A stretch of 61,114 bases of DNA, counting the filler, from Barthelona sp. PAP020 (Eukaryota), in NCBI GenBank assembly GCA_040182905.1. It is 9 parts of 9 records of this genome, joined end to end, with 100 filler letters (N's around TTAATTAATTAA, not from the genome) between each part and the next. Parts side by side here need not be neighbours in the genome. Positions count along the whole stretch, not along the records: positions 27,390 to 34,103 come from JARQWU010000536.1; positions 34,204 to 40,882 come from JARQWU010000537.1; positions 40,983 to 47,649 come from JARQWU010000538.1; 6 more parts are not named here. One strand, given 5' to 3'. Made by a program: the position numbers and the translations under genes. Positions within the stretch are counted from its first letter, which is position 1; every line of letters begins with the position of its first letter. Of the stretch, positions 32,676 to 43,182 are shown piece after piece. Under the pieces are notes generated by a model. The model saw only the letters and a program-made list of their open reading frames with translations. It was not told the DNA's origin and made no database searches.

Positions 32676-34103
32676 ATGTCCGATTTCCGTTCAAATCGGA
32701 AATTATCTGTATTTTTCAATTCCAACAATCACATTAAACAATTAAAATCATTGATTAGTTATATTGATAATTGTCACGAAATTGAACAACGTTCTTTTTA
32801 TTCCGTTCATTACATTGATATATATGGAGTTTTTATTGAAGCTATGAATGCATATGAATCTAAAAACAAAACTTTAAATTCTTCTGAAATTTGTTCTCAT
32901 TTGAAAGTAGTTAAATTAATGCTTCAATTTATGCCATATAGAATACGTACAAAATGGGAATTTGGTTCTTTAACGCATGTGATAAGATGTGCTTTACATC
33001 ATGACAATAAACATAATGTGAGGATTTTAGGATTTGAAATGTTATTGTTATTGATAGATGCCTTAGGTGAAAGTGTTGATCAAGAGATTGTTGATATTTT
33101 GAGTAGTGTTATTGATTATCGCAGTTTCAAACGATATTATGAAGATAATGATTATGAGGACCTGATGATGTTGTTACCCAAGCCATTATATAATAATTAT
33201 GGTAATAGTGTATTATTGACTGCTAAAAGGTCATATATTGCAACTGAAGAAGAAACCTTAGAGATTTTAGATTTTTTTTTTAAGACATTGGATACTGTTC
33301 CCAGTAAGAATTTTTCGTTCTACTGGAATATTGTAATTGAACAAGTTTTACAAATATATTGGCCAAAAACATATAATAAGACACAAGGTTTCTTTGGTTT
33401 CAACCCCCCTGCTTCAGTTGTCAATTTGATTGTATCTTATATTGTTCGTTGGTTGGGAAGACCATATCCACAAACAATAATCTGTTTTGATATTCCAAAT
33501 TCAGAAAGAATAGTTCATATTATCAGTTGTGGATTACAACTCAATGCTATATATACTAAAACTGTTTTCAGTGTATTAAGCTTAATTAGAAGATGGTTAA
33601 GTAATCAAGAACTACCTCATGCATTTGAAGACCCAAATGCTAGCCACCTATTTCTAATGATGATTAATGCTTTGCCTTTTGTAGCGTATGCTGAAGCTAA
33701 TTCTGAGACTGATAAAGTATGTGAATTGGCATTGGAAACGATAAATAATGTATTGATTTCAATGGATGCAGGAATTAATATTTTTGAAGATAAATGGAAA
33801 AGCATCCACAAATCGTTATTGTCTTTTGTTGATTTGGCTTTAAAAGACACTCAAGAACGTTGTTTTGCTTCAAAAACTATTGAATTATTGTTTGAATGCA
33901 TTATAAAATCAGAAAACCTTCAACATATTTTTTGGGTTTCTTTGAATGATTCATCAACAAAGAAATGGGGTAATCATGTTGTTTTTTTGCAACAATGGAG
34001 GAAGATAACGTTATTTTTAACAAGATACGTTTCACAAAAGATGTTTGACACAACTTATTTACAACAGCATATTGTGGATCAACAACTGAAGCTTAAAATT
34101 GGA
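32676..34103 (+). CDS. Ral GAP alpha subunit-like protein, N-terminal part (3' truncated)
   Basis: PYRIRTKWEFGSL...ALHHDNKHNVRILGFEMLLLLIDAL resembles the RALGAPA N-terminal HEAT region; runs into the spacer. Confidence 0.7.
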
Positions 34104-34937
34104 NNNNNNNNNNNNNNNNNNNNNNNNNNNNNNNNNNNNNNNNNNNNTTAATTAATTAANNNNNNNNNNNNNNNNNNNNNNNNNNNNNNNNNNNNNNNNN
34201 NNNGCACACTTGCATCCTAATTACCCTGAATCATTTGATTCTTTGTCGTTATTTCACTTTCAATTTTGATATCCATTAATATCAGAAATTGCAAGAAGAA
34301 ACCTTAAACACATTTATATCGTCTTTTGTGTGAAATCTGTCCGCTTTGCTGCGAACACTACTTTCTGCGATTCTGTTTTGTTCATAAATATTGTTTTGAA
34401 AAATTTTATCAAAATTTGAACTTCAAACTTGTGCCAAGATTATGGGAAAATTAATCCAGTCCCCGAAAACCTTTCCCGAAAAATAGCTGAGTGCTGAAAT
34501 TTTGTATCATAAACCTTGATTATTTAGAGATTAGGAAAGTGGCAACTAAACTATCATGTTGTGAAATATTATTTCACATACACCAACACATACCGATATT
34601 CCATGTTTTGTCTTCTTGTGAATTACCTACTACGATACACAATAATAATAAATGTTTATGAAGACCTTTTTGTCCATGATCAGTGTGAGGATATTGAACT
34701 TTTCTTTATCTTGCAATTACAAAGAAAGAAATATTGTTTTGTTTCAATTGGTCTTTGGTACCTCCTCAACATGTAACTTCTAAAAACACAACAACAAAAC
34801 ACGGAAAATATCAATGTTATTTTGTTTGTGTGAAATCTATTCACTTCACTACAAATAGAAACAAAAAAAAACATTTGAATCTTTCTAAAAGTTTGCCAAA
34901 CTTGCCTTTTTTGAAACAAAAAACCCGCAACGAACTG

Positions 34938-36119
34938 TTAGACACTGTTTAGAATTTGGCTTTTATTGTTTTCATCTGAGTTTGCCTCTTCTTTAAATAA
35001 AAATAGAACATTTTCTTCTAATTTTGGATAAAACACTTGAAATGTATCACTTACAAAACGAAAGTAAACAGCCATATTCAAAACAAAAAGAACCACCAAT
35101 ATCTTCGTTAAAAGATTGAAGTTTTTGTAAAAATAGACAAAAAAAAACAACAAAATTATGAGGCTATCTGCAAAAACAACACCGTTTGCAAAAGGAAATG
35201 ATTGATTACATATTTGAGACACACCAATCTCTGAAATAGTAATTGCAAATGCAGGAATAAAGGCTAACATCCATAAACCAAGATTTTCGTTAAACGAAAT
35301 TTCACAACTCAAAGGAAGTATTTCAAAAACAACAATTATCATAAAAATCATATTCAAAGGTGTCCATAATATTGTAAATACAGACATTAAAATCCTAAAT
35401 CGACTCTGTTTCACTTTATACAAAACCGTAATTATGCAAAAAAAAAATTTTACAAACCCCAAAATAATGCAGCCATAATAAATTAAATCCTTAAATAATG
35501 ACGAAAATGTGTTGAAAAAACCAGAAATCACAATTATAATGGAAGCAAACATTATACCTTCAGTTGGTCCATTAAAAAATGATAAATTACGTGAATATAT
35601 GTAGTATTCTTCCCAAATACCAATAGAAAAACTAATCATACCAACTACAGTGAAATGAGCCAATCGACGAGAACTTAATCCAACAGCAACACCAACTCCA
35701 ATAATAATACAAATGACAGAAAAAACATCACAAATACGATGAAAAATTTGTTGAACAGATGTTATGATATTAATTTTTTCTTTTTCTTTGATATTAAAAT
35801 TATTTAAAGTTTGATAGAAAAAAATTAAAATTCCTCCAATCAGACAAAATGCAGAAGGTGGTTTTGTTTGTAAAGTTTCATCCACCACAAGACAAAAAAC
35901 AAAAAAAGGCAAGGCACACAACAAACCAGCAAAAGTTATCACATTTGGAGAAATGTTCTTCAGAAAAAATCTAAAAAAAAAGTTCCAATATGGTCTCAAC
36001 ATATATTTAAAAATCAATGAATTGTTTGAATAGCAATAATAATCGTTATTCCCTTTCAAACATTCTTTCCCTTCAAAAGATACATGTTTCCCTTTTGTTA
36101 ATCCTTCGATTAATGACAT
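34938..36119 (-). CDS. Choline/ethanolamine phosphotransferase (CEPT/EPT) homolog with degenerate catalytic motif
   Basis: Y...S...KYMLRPYWN, ISPNVITFAG, YQTL, WEEY, NGPTEG family motifs and multiple TMs; CDP-alcohol signature largely replaced. Confidence 0.8.
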   Translation of the reverse strand: MSLIEGLTKGKHVSFEGKECLKGNNDYYCYSNNSLIFKYMLRPYWNFFFRFFLKNISPNVITFAGLLCALPFFVFCLVVDETLQTKPPSAFCLIGGILIFFYQTLNNFNIKEKEKINIITSVQQIFHRICDVFSVICIIIGVGVAVGLSSRRLAHFTVVGMISFSIGIWEEYYIYSRNLSFFNGPTEGIMFASIIIVISGFFNTFSSLFKDLIYYGCIILGFVKFFFCIITVLYKVKQSRFRILMSVFTILWTPLNMIFMIIVVFEILPLSCEISFNENLGLWMLAFIPAFAITISEIGVSQICNQSFPFANGVVFADSLIILLFFFVYFYKNFNLLTKILVVLFVLNMAVYFRFVSDTFQVFYPKLEENVLFLFKEEANSDENNKSQILNSV

Positions 36120-36406
36120 GTATAAGTATTTGGTTTTTAATTTCGAGAGACTCTTAATTGATAAATGAAAAAAGTTCAATCAAATTGTTTTCGAAAGTTT
36201 TAACAATTAATGAGTTGTTTAGAATTTAATTAAAGCTTCAACAAAAAATTTGACTGAAGAGTTGGATTGATTCATTCAAAAGAAATTTTCCATTTTCACA
36301 ATCTTTTCAAATTTATTGGTACAATTTATTTATTTTATTTGATCATTTGATTTCTTTTTGTTTTATTGAGAGAAAATAAACTCAAAAACATTTTTATTTT
36401 TTTTCA

Positions 36407-37648
36407 ATGGGATTAAAATCTGAACTTAGTCCAAAAGACTGGAAAAGTGTTAGATTAACATGTATGTTTTTAGGTTTTTCCTCTTTGGCTTGTTGGAATG
36501 CAATATTATCTGTGCCTCAATATTGGAAGACATTGTATGGTTCATTAGCCGTTATGAATAATTTTACTTTTGCCTTTAACCTTCCAAATGTAATTTTTGC
36601 CCTTTATATTTCTTTTAATTCTCAAAAGTTTACGAATTTCTTTACAAATATTCACATTTCCATTATCGCTTCTCTTGTTGGAATGTTGTTAATTCCAATT
36701 TTGGATATTGTCCACCTTTCTACTGAAGTTGAAAAGAACATTACAATATTCCTTTGTTTTCTTTTAGGTTTGGCTACGGCACTTTTTACTAATTCTACTT
36801 TTGCACTTTCAAGTTTAATTGATGGGTCTTGTGTTGGTGAAGCTATGTTTGGACAGGGTTTAGTGTCTCTTGTTCTGATTACCGTTTCCATTTTTTTTAT
36901 GCTTTTCCCTATTAGTGTTTTATTAAGTTCTTATTGCTTTTTTTTTACAGCTGTTATTTTTTCAATTGTTACTCTAATTTTGTTCCGTAATATGGTTAAA
37001 ATTCCTCAAATTAAAGATTTGATTTTTGGGGAAACATCTCATGTTCCTTTGGACGATGAATCTATTAGCAGCGACAACGCTGAACAGAATAGTGATCCAG
37101 ATGCACCTCTTATAGATGAAAATGAATTAGGTAGACCTGCAGAAAGTATTTGGTCAGCTTCCCCTTTTTATTTCACCATTTGGTTAAATTTTGCAATCAC
37201 TTTATTCTTATTTCCAATGCCTATTGAAGCAATTGTTAATCCATACATTGATCCACTTGATAAGAAAGCCAATGACTGGTACGGTTTATTATTAACAGCT
37301 ATCTTCATGTATTGTGATACATTTGGTCGTTGGATTGCCGGAAAAATTTCATTAAAACCGCTTGCAATTCATATCACTGGTATTTGCCGTTTGATTTTCA
37401 TTCCTATTGCATTTGCTTGCAAAGATGGTTCCAATGAATTATTCAGGAGTCCTATTTTCCATTGTTTCTTTGTTTTTTGTTTTGCCACATTAAATGGTGT
37501 GGTTTCAACATTAACTATGGTTATTGGACCTTCTTCGTATTCTGAAAAGATGAAAGCTCAAGTCGCTTTTGTTCTTACTTGTTGTTTAAATGTAGGACTT
37601 GCTTCAGGTATATTTGGTGCTTACTTCAGAGATAATATTTTGGGATGA
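36407..37648 (+). CDS. Equilibrative nucleoside transporter (SLC29/ENT)
   Basis: LGFSSLACWNAIL, GQGL, ITLFLFP, DTFGR, LNGVVSTL; about 11 TMs. Confidence 0.9.
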   Translation: MGLKSELSPKDWKSVRLTCMFLGFSSLACWNAILSVPQYWKTLYGSLAVMNNFTFAFNLPNVIFALYISFNSQKFTNFFTNIHISIIASLVGMLLIPILDIVHLSTEVEKNITIFLCFLLGLATALFTNSTFALSSLIDGSCVGEAMFGQGLVSLVLITVSIFFMLFPISVLLSSYCFFFTAVIFSIVTLILFRNMVKIPQIKDLIFGETSHVPLDDESISSDNAEQNSDPDAPLIDENELGRPAESIWSASPFYFTIWLNFAITLFLFPMPIEAIVNPYIDPLDKKANDWYGLLLTAIFMYCDTFGRWIAGKISLKPLAIHITGICRLIFIPIAFACKDGSNELFRSPIFHCFFVFCFATLNGVVSTLTMVIGPSSYSEKMKAQVAFVLTCCLNVGLASGIFGAYFRDNILG

Positions 37649-38247
37649 ATTTCATTGTATAAATATTTTAGAATATTTTAGTTGTTTTTTGGTAAAAGGT
37701 AAAAAAGAGGTTTTTTAAGCAACAAATACCAATTTATAAAATTGATCTCAAATAAATTTCAATTTCATTAGACCAAATTAAATTGAAAATTTTGAATTCT
37801 ATTTTTTAAATTTAAAATTTAATTTGATAAAAGATTTCTTCTTTAATTTAGTGTTATAAGCCCAACCATTACCATTTTTAAGAATTTTTTAAATTTCTAA
37901 CAAGAATCTTTCAAATTCAAATTTTTTTTTCTCATTTGTATTTGAAAATCATTTTGTATTTCGGTCATTTTGTTATTTTAATGTTTGAATAATAAAACTC
38001 TTTTGTTTTTCAAATTTTTACCTCAATTTAATTTGCCAATTTTTTTTGCTATTTTCCAATATTTTTCCAGTCATCAAAATTTCTTTCTAATTGAATGAAT
38101 TAACAGTCAAAATAAAATTATGTGAAAATGATTTGTTTAATTTTGAAATGTTAACCAATAAATTTCTTCATTTATTATTTTTGTAAGATTTTATTTTAAA
38201 TCAACTTGATTTTTGGTTGTTTCATTTAATATTTGAGATAATAACTG

Positions 38248-40593
38248 ATGAATTCTGATGTTTTTACTGAAGATACTGTTATTGAATTAGTCACACAACA
38301 CACACATCAATTTATGAATGATTGTTCTAATGGGATGTTAGAAAAATCATTTCCACATTTAAATTCAAAGTATTCTTCTATTTTCAAGATTATTGATGAA
38401 ATTATTCAAGTTAACATTGATAATTCCAATTATTTAAGTTTATTGGGACATATTTTATGGTCTTTTGCTGTTATTGAAATGAAACTTAATAGTTATGAAC
38501 TGATATTTGACATGCTACAAAACGAGTACATTGAATTGTTAAAGCGGATTTCAATTGAGTTAAGAGAGGACATTGTAAGTTTCTCTAAAAATGTTAACTT
38601 GTTTCATCGTGCAATAGACAAACAAATGACTTTGTTTGAGCAGTTAATTATAGTTGATAAGAATGAAGTTGATATTGACACGACGATTCAACTCTTAACT
38701 GAAAGTTCTTTATCACCACAGCATGATGAAGAGATATTAGCCATTCAAGAAGATTTGTTTGAACGAGGGTCTGTTCAAAAGAATCCCATGTCAATTCAAA
38801 AAAGAATGCAACGATATATTTATCTCGTGAATAAAATCAGGAAGATGAGATATAGAACGTCTTTCATTCATTTGAATACAATACCTTTCAAAAAGTTGCT
38901 GCTTGAAAAGAAACGCATATTTATATCGACAAAATCTTATGTTGTGAAAGGAATATATGAAAATGAGCATATTGCGGTAAAATTCTATTTTCATCACACA
39001 GATAATCAAATAGTACGAGATTATAATTTTGTTCACTATAATATTCCACATATGACAAAAATATATGGTATTGTTGTCAATAAACAGAATGAATATGGTA
39101 TTGTTATGCAATATTATCCGTCAACACTTGATAAAGAGGTATATCATTTAGATTTTCTTCAAAAGTTTTCAATTTTACGGGATGTTGCTGTTGCTGTTGA
39201 ATACTCACATAACTTAGGATTTGTTCAAAATGGTTTGTCTCCTTCACATGTTTTTTTAGCATCGGATGGCAGTGTAGCATTATCCAGACATAGATCAAGT
39301 AAAGAAACAAGGAGTTTGAGATATTATCCCCTTTATTTCATTGAAAGATCTCGTTCATCTTCTTTAATTAATTTGTCGTCTTCTAATAGTACTTTAAGCA
39401 CATGTCGAAGTGATTTAGAATGTATTTCCTCTAGTTTCTCAGAATTAAATGAACTCGAAGATAGTGACTTGTATCTGGCAGGAAAGTACTCACCTGCCAC
39501 TGATATTTGGTCTTTTGCCATTTTATTTGTTGAAATAATGTCTGGTGTCAAACCTTTTGATAATTTTGCTAATAATGAGATTCAAGAAGCGTTATTGTGC
39601 GGAAAAAAGCCTTATGAAGAATCTTTGATGGCTGAAATTCCGTGTGGAGATATTATATATCAATGCTTTGCTGAGAAAGTTTATGAGCGCCCTTCATTTA
39701 GTGAGATCATAGATTATTTGGATAGTTATTTTGCAATCTATATGGTGAATCAATCTATTGATTTGGAATATATATCTCCTACAAATGAAAGTCTACATTC
39801 CGCAATTTTACAAAATGATTTGAGTTTAATTTATTATCTATTGAATAATACACAAGTCGATGTAAACAAGAAAGATGCTTATGGAAAACCCGCCATTTTT
39901 TATGCATTTGAAGCCAATTCTTTTGTGATTGCTAAATACCTCATGAATTTTGGTGCAGAATCAAATTTTATTGATCCTTCGACTGGATGGAATTTTGCAC
40001 ATTTGTGTGCTTGTTATGGATATTTAAAATTATTGAGGGCGGTTTGTTTTGAAGAATTTGAAGTTGATTTTATTTCCATTAAAGATAGAAAAACACCTCT
40101 GCATGTAGCTTGTGAAAATAGAAGATTGGAAATTATTCAATTTTTAATAACTTTTGGTGCTGATGTGAATGCACTGGATAATAATTTTGAGTCTGCTTTG
40201 CATAAGGTTGTTTTGAACAATCATATTGACGCTATTCAATTGTTATTGGCTGAAGGAGCAACTATTGACATTGTTGACAAAGAAGGAAGAACACCACTTA
40301 GATATGCAGTGGATAATCAATTTGTTGAAGTTGCTTATTTGCTTATTTCGAATGGTGCCAATGTTAATTTCTTGGATGTGTATGGAAAGAGTATGATTTT
40401 TAGGGCATGTGAAATTAATTCATTTGAATTGGTAAATTTGTTAGTCAATGCGAATGCGGATATACTTTTATCTTTTGATGATGAAACACCATTGTCTATT
40501 GCCAAAAAGAAGGGAGATTCTGTAATTGCAGATTATTTGACCTCCTATTTGAATGAAAATTCACGAGCTTTTAGTTGTTGTTGTGTTCAATAA
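38248..40593 (+). CDS. Pseudokinase - ankyrin repeat protein with C-terminal CaaX
   Basis: IAVK, GIVMQYY, DIWSF, ERPSF kinase scaffold but HRD and DFG lost; about 7 ankyrin repeats (TPLHVAC, GRTPLRYA); ends CCCVQ. Confidence 0.85.
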   Translation: MNSDVFTEDTVIELVTQHTHQFMNDCSNGMLEKSFPHLNSKYSSIFKIIDEIIQVNIDNSNYLSLLGHILWSFAVIEMKLNSYELIFDMLQNEYIELLKRISIELREDIVSFSKNVNLFHRAIDKQMTLFEQLIIVDKNEVDIDTTIQLLTESSLSPQHDEEILAIQEDLFERGSVQKNPMSIQKRMQRYIYLVNKIRKMRYRTSFIHLNTIPFKKLLLEKKRIFISTKSYVVKGIYENEHIAVKFYFHHTDNQIVRDYNFVHYNIPHMTKIYGIVVNKQNEYGIVMQYYPSTLDKEVYHLDFLQKFSILRDVAVAVEYSHNLGFVQNGLSPSHVFLASDGSVALSRHRSSKETRSLRYYPLYFIERSRSSSLINLSSSNSTLSTCRSDLECISSSFSELNELEDSDLYLAGKYSPATDIWSFAILFVEIMSGVKPFDNFANNEIQEALLCGKKPYEESLMAEIPCGDIIYQCFAEKVYERPSFSEIIDYLDSYFAIYMVNQSIDLEYISPTNESLHSAILQNDLSLIYYLLNNTQVDVNKKDAYGKPAIFYAFEANSFVIAKYLMNFGAESNFIDPSTGWNFAHLCACYGYLKLLRAVCFEEFEVDFISIKDRKTPLHVACENRRLEIIQFLITFGADVNALDNNFESALHKVVLNNHIDAIQLLLAEGATIDIVDKEGRTPLRYAVDNQFVEVAYLLISNGANVNFLDVYGKSMIFRACEINSFELVNLLVNANADILLSFDDETPLSIAKKKGDSVIADYLTSYLNENSRAFSCCCVQ

Positions 40594-40712
40594 ACACAAT
40601 GACTCCTTTCCTTGAATAAATCGGATACCGTTGTTTTTTCTTTTTCAAAAAAAAAAGATAGAAGAACCCTTTTATAATTTTTTCCCATCAAAAAAGGGAA
40701 TGTCCTAATCAA

Positions 40713-40882
40713 TCAACCGCAAAAAGAATGAAACCTTTCATTTCCTTTTCTTAAATCCTTTTGTTTAATTTTTTTTTTTGTTACGTCTCTTTTTCTTCTT
40801 TTCAACGCTACGATTTAAAATTTCTTGAATTTCTTCAGTAATTTCCTTATCAGAAGCAATTTCGACATTGGAAGATCCAATT
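40713..40882 (-). CDS. 3' end of an unidentified gene (cut by contig edge)
   Basis: Open frame IGSSNVEIASDKEITEEIQEILNRSVEKKKRDV...SFCG* from the spacer to TGA. Confidence 0.4.
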
Positions 40883-40983
40883 NNNNNNNNNNNNNNNNNN
40901 NNNNNNNNNNNNNNNNNNNNNNNNNNTTAATTAATTAANNNNNNNNNNNNNNNNNNNNNNNNNNNNNNNNNNNNNNNNNNNNT

Positions 40984-41091
40984 GATTATAATTACGAAGA
41001 GGAAGAAGAAGAAGACAAAGAAGAAGATGATGAGAGAACCAGAACATCTTCTGAAGCACATTTTCCAGAGTCTAATGAGATTGAAGAGTAA
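40984..41091 (+). CDS. Acidic 3' end of an unidentified gene (cut by contig edge)
   Basis: DYNYEEEEEEDKEEDDERTRTSSEAHFPESNEIEE*, with GAA-rich coding composition. Confidence 0.5.
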   Translation, partial: DYNYEEEEEEDKEEDDERTRTSSEAHFPESNEIEE

Positions 41092-41396
41092 ATCAATTGT
41101 TTATGTTTTCTTTTTTCAAAATAACGGAGAAACACAGTTCTATTTTATTATTTGTGTTATTTATTGGCTTATACTCCAATCATAGAGACATGGTTGCAAA
41201 AGATAAAGTTACTTATACCGTTTTGTTTTTTAATTCTTTTTGTTGGGCATAAAACAACAATTTTTCTTTTTACAAATTTTTGTCAATTTTATGATTTTGC
41301 AATGTCAATAAATTATGTCAGATCTTCAAAGTCAAAAAAAAAAAAGATCAAAAGTTCAAAAATTTTGAAAAAACATTCTTTTCAAACGTTTTTTTT

Positions 41397-41714
41397 ATGA
41401 AACACGCTGCTGCATTTCTTTTATGTGCCCTTGGTGGTAACTTAACACCCTCTAAGCAAGATGTCCTTGCTGTTCTTGAATCTGTTGGTTGCGATTCCAA
41501 CGAAGATATGATTGAACTTATTCTTAACAATGTTGAAGGAAAGTCAGTTGAAGAAATTATTGCTCTTGGTAATCAAAAGATGGCAACTATTTCTACTGGT
41601 GCTGCTTCTGCTGCTCCTGCTGCTGTTGTTCAAGAATCCAAGGAAGAAGCTGCTGAAGAGGAAGAAGAAGAAGAAGAGGAGTCCAGTGATGATTTCGGTA
41701 TTGGTTTCCTTTAA
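41397..41714 (+). CDS. RPLP2: 60S acidic ribosomal protein P2
   Basis: MKHAAAFLLCALGGN...PS..D...VLESVG, GKSVEEIIALG, Ala-rich hinge, acidic tail. Confidence 0.95.
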   Translation: MKHAAAFLLCALGGNLTPSKQDVLAVLESVGCDSNEDMIELILNNVEGKSVEEIIALGNQKMATISTGAASAAPAAVVQESKEEAAEEEEEEEEESSDDFGIGFL

Positions 41715-42029
41715 ATAAGTTGAAATCATCTCCACTGGTTAAATTTCCCGGCGTTAAAGAAGTGGTTCATAAATTAACTTTTACTTTCAGTTTTTTTTTT
41801 TTCATTCGCTCTTTTGAAAAAATTGAGGATAAAATACAAGAGAAAAAGGTCATCAAATTGTGAAATTTTGATTTTGACATGAAGGCCCTTTGAAAATTTG
41901 TTAAAGTCCGTTCAATGTTTCAAATTGTTTGTTTTCAAAAATTTAAATTCAAAAAAATTGGAAAACTCCAAAATTAGAGAAGAAGATATTAAAAAAAAAT
42001 GAGATTTTTGATAAAATCTTTTAATTCTT

Positions 42030-43037
42030 TTATTCTATTATTGTACAATTATCACTTTCATACAAATTAAACAACGATTGTCCAAAACGAAGCCATTGTA
42101 ATCTTTCATCCGCGCCATCGGTTAAAGCTTCATCAATTTCTCCTAAAACCAGTAAAAACTTTGCGATTTTTTTGTCATCCGCATTGAAAAGAATTTCATC
42201 ATTCTCAATACTTTCAACAAATGCTTGTAAGACTAAAGACAAGGAAAAGCCTTGTAAACGGTACGATTCAACAATAGAAAACACTTCAAGTTGTGAATTG
42301 TTCCTCAAATTTTGCACCATATCAAGAACTTTTTCCTGAGGAAATGAGCCACTTAATTCAAAAATAACTTCTGGGGTAATATTGGACAAAGTTGAACTAA
42401 TTTGTAAATATGTGACGGCTTGTCTCATATCTCCATGAGACACGTCAATTAATGTGTCAAAGTGTTCTTTTTGTAAATTCACATTTTCTTTTAAAGCAAT
42501 TTCCTGCAATTTAGAAAACATAGCTTCTCTTGGCAAAGGAGAAAATCTGAATTTTGCACAACGACTAGCAATGGGAGGAATAATTTTGGAAACATAATTA
42601 CAAATGAAACAAAATCTGGTGATGGTTGAATATTTTTCAATTATTCTTCTCAAAGCATTTTGAGCATCGTGAGTCATTGCATCAGCTTCATCTAAAATAA
42701 CTATTTTAAAAGGAGGACAAGGATGTGATTTTACAGGCCTACTTAATGCAGTTTGAGCAAAATCTTTTATTTTTGTTCGAACAACAGCAATCCCTCTTTC
42801 ATCTGAAGCATTCAATTCTAATACACGTTTAGATCTCAAAGGTCCAAACAATTCTCTGCATAAAGCATTTATAGCCGATGTTTTACCTGTTCCTGGGGGT
42901 CCATAAAATAACAAATGTTGCAAATTATTTTGATTGATGGCATTTTTTAATGATCTAACAACTTCATCTTGATGAGCAATATCATTTAACTTCTTTGGAC
43001 GATGTTTTCCCACCCAAGGATCGTTCTCTCGAGACAT
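42030..43037 (-). CDS. RFC4: Replication factor C small subunit (RFC4/yeast Rfc2 type)
   Basis: PWVGKHRPK, YGPPGTGKTS, LELNASDERGI, PCPPFKIVILDEAD, SRC motif. Confidence 0.92.
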   Translation of the reverse strand: MSRENDPWVGKHRPKKLNDIAHQDEVVRSLKNAINQNNLQHLLFYGPPGTGKTSAINALCRELFGPLRSKRVLELNASDERGIAVVRTKIKDFAQTALSRPVKSHPCPPFKIVILDEADAMTHDAQNALRRIIEKYSTITRFCFICNYVSKIIPPIASRCAKFRFSPLPREAMFSKLQEIALKENVNLQKEHFDTLIDVSHGDMRQAVTYLQISSTLSNITPEVIFELSGSFPQEKVLDMVQNLRNNSQLEVFSIVESYRLQGFSLSLVLQAFVESIENDEILFNADDKKIAKFLLVLGEIDEALTDGADERLQWLRFGQSLFNLYESDNCTIIE

Positions 43038-43182
43038 AAGAAAAAAACTTTATTTTCATTTTTTTTTCATTTTTGTTGAAAATGAAAATAGGAAATTTAA
43101 AATTTCAAACTAAAAGTTATAAATAAAACAAAAAAAGCCTCGAAATTTATTCACACAAAAAAACTCTTTCAAAAGTAACAAC

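Noticed and set aside
35728..35820. A-to-I editing restoring the CEPT catalytic motif
   Set aside because: Two AAT>GAT changes would fit, but restoring the Gly, Ala and third Asp needs T>G, A>C and C>G changes.
41722..41772. SECIS-like ATGA-N11-AA-N23-GA pattern on the minus strand
   Set aside because: Helix II pairs for only 5 bp, and the upstream minus-strand gene (RFC4) has no in-frame TGA.
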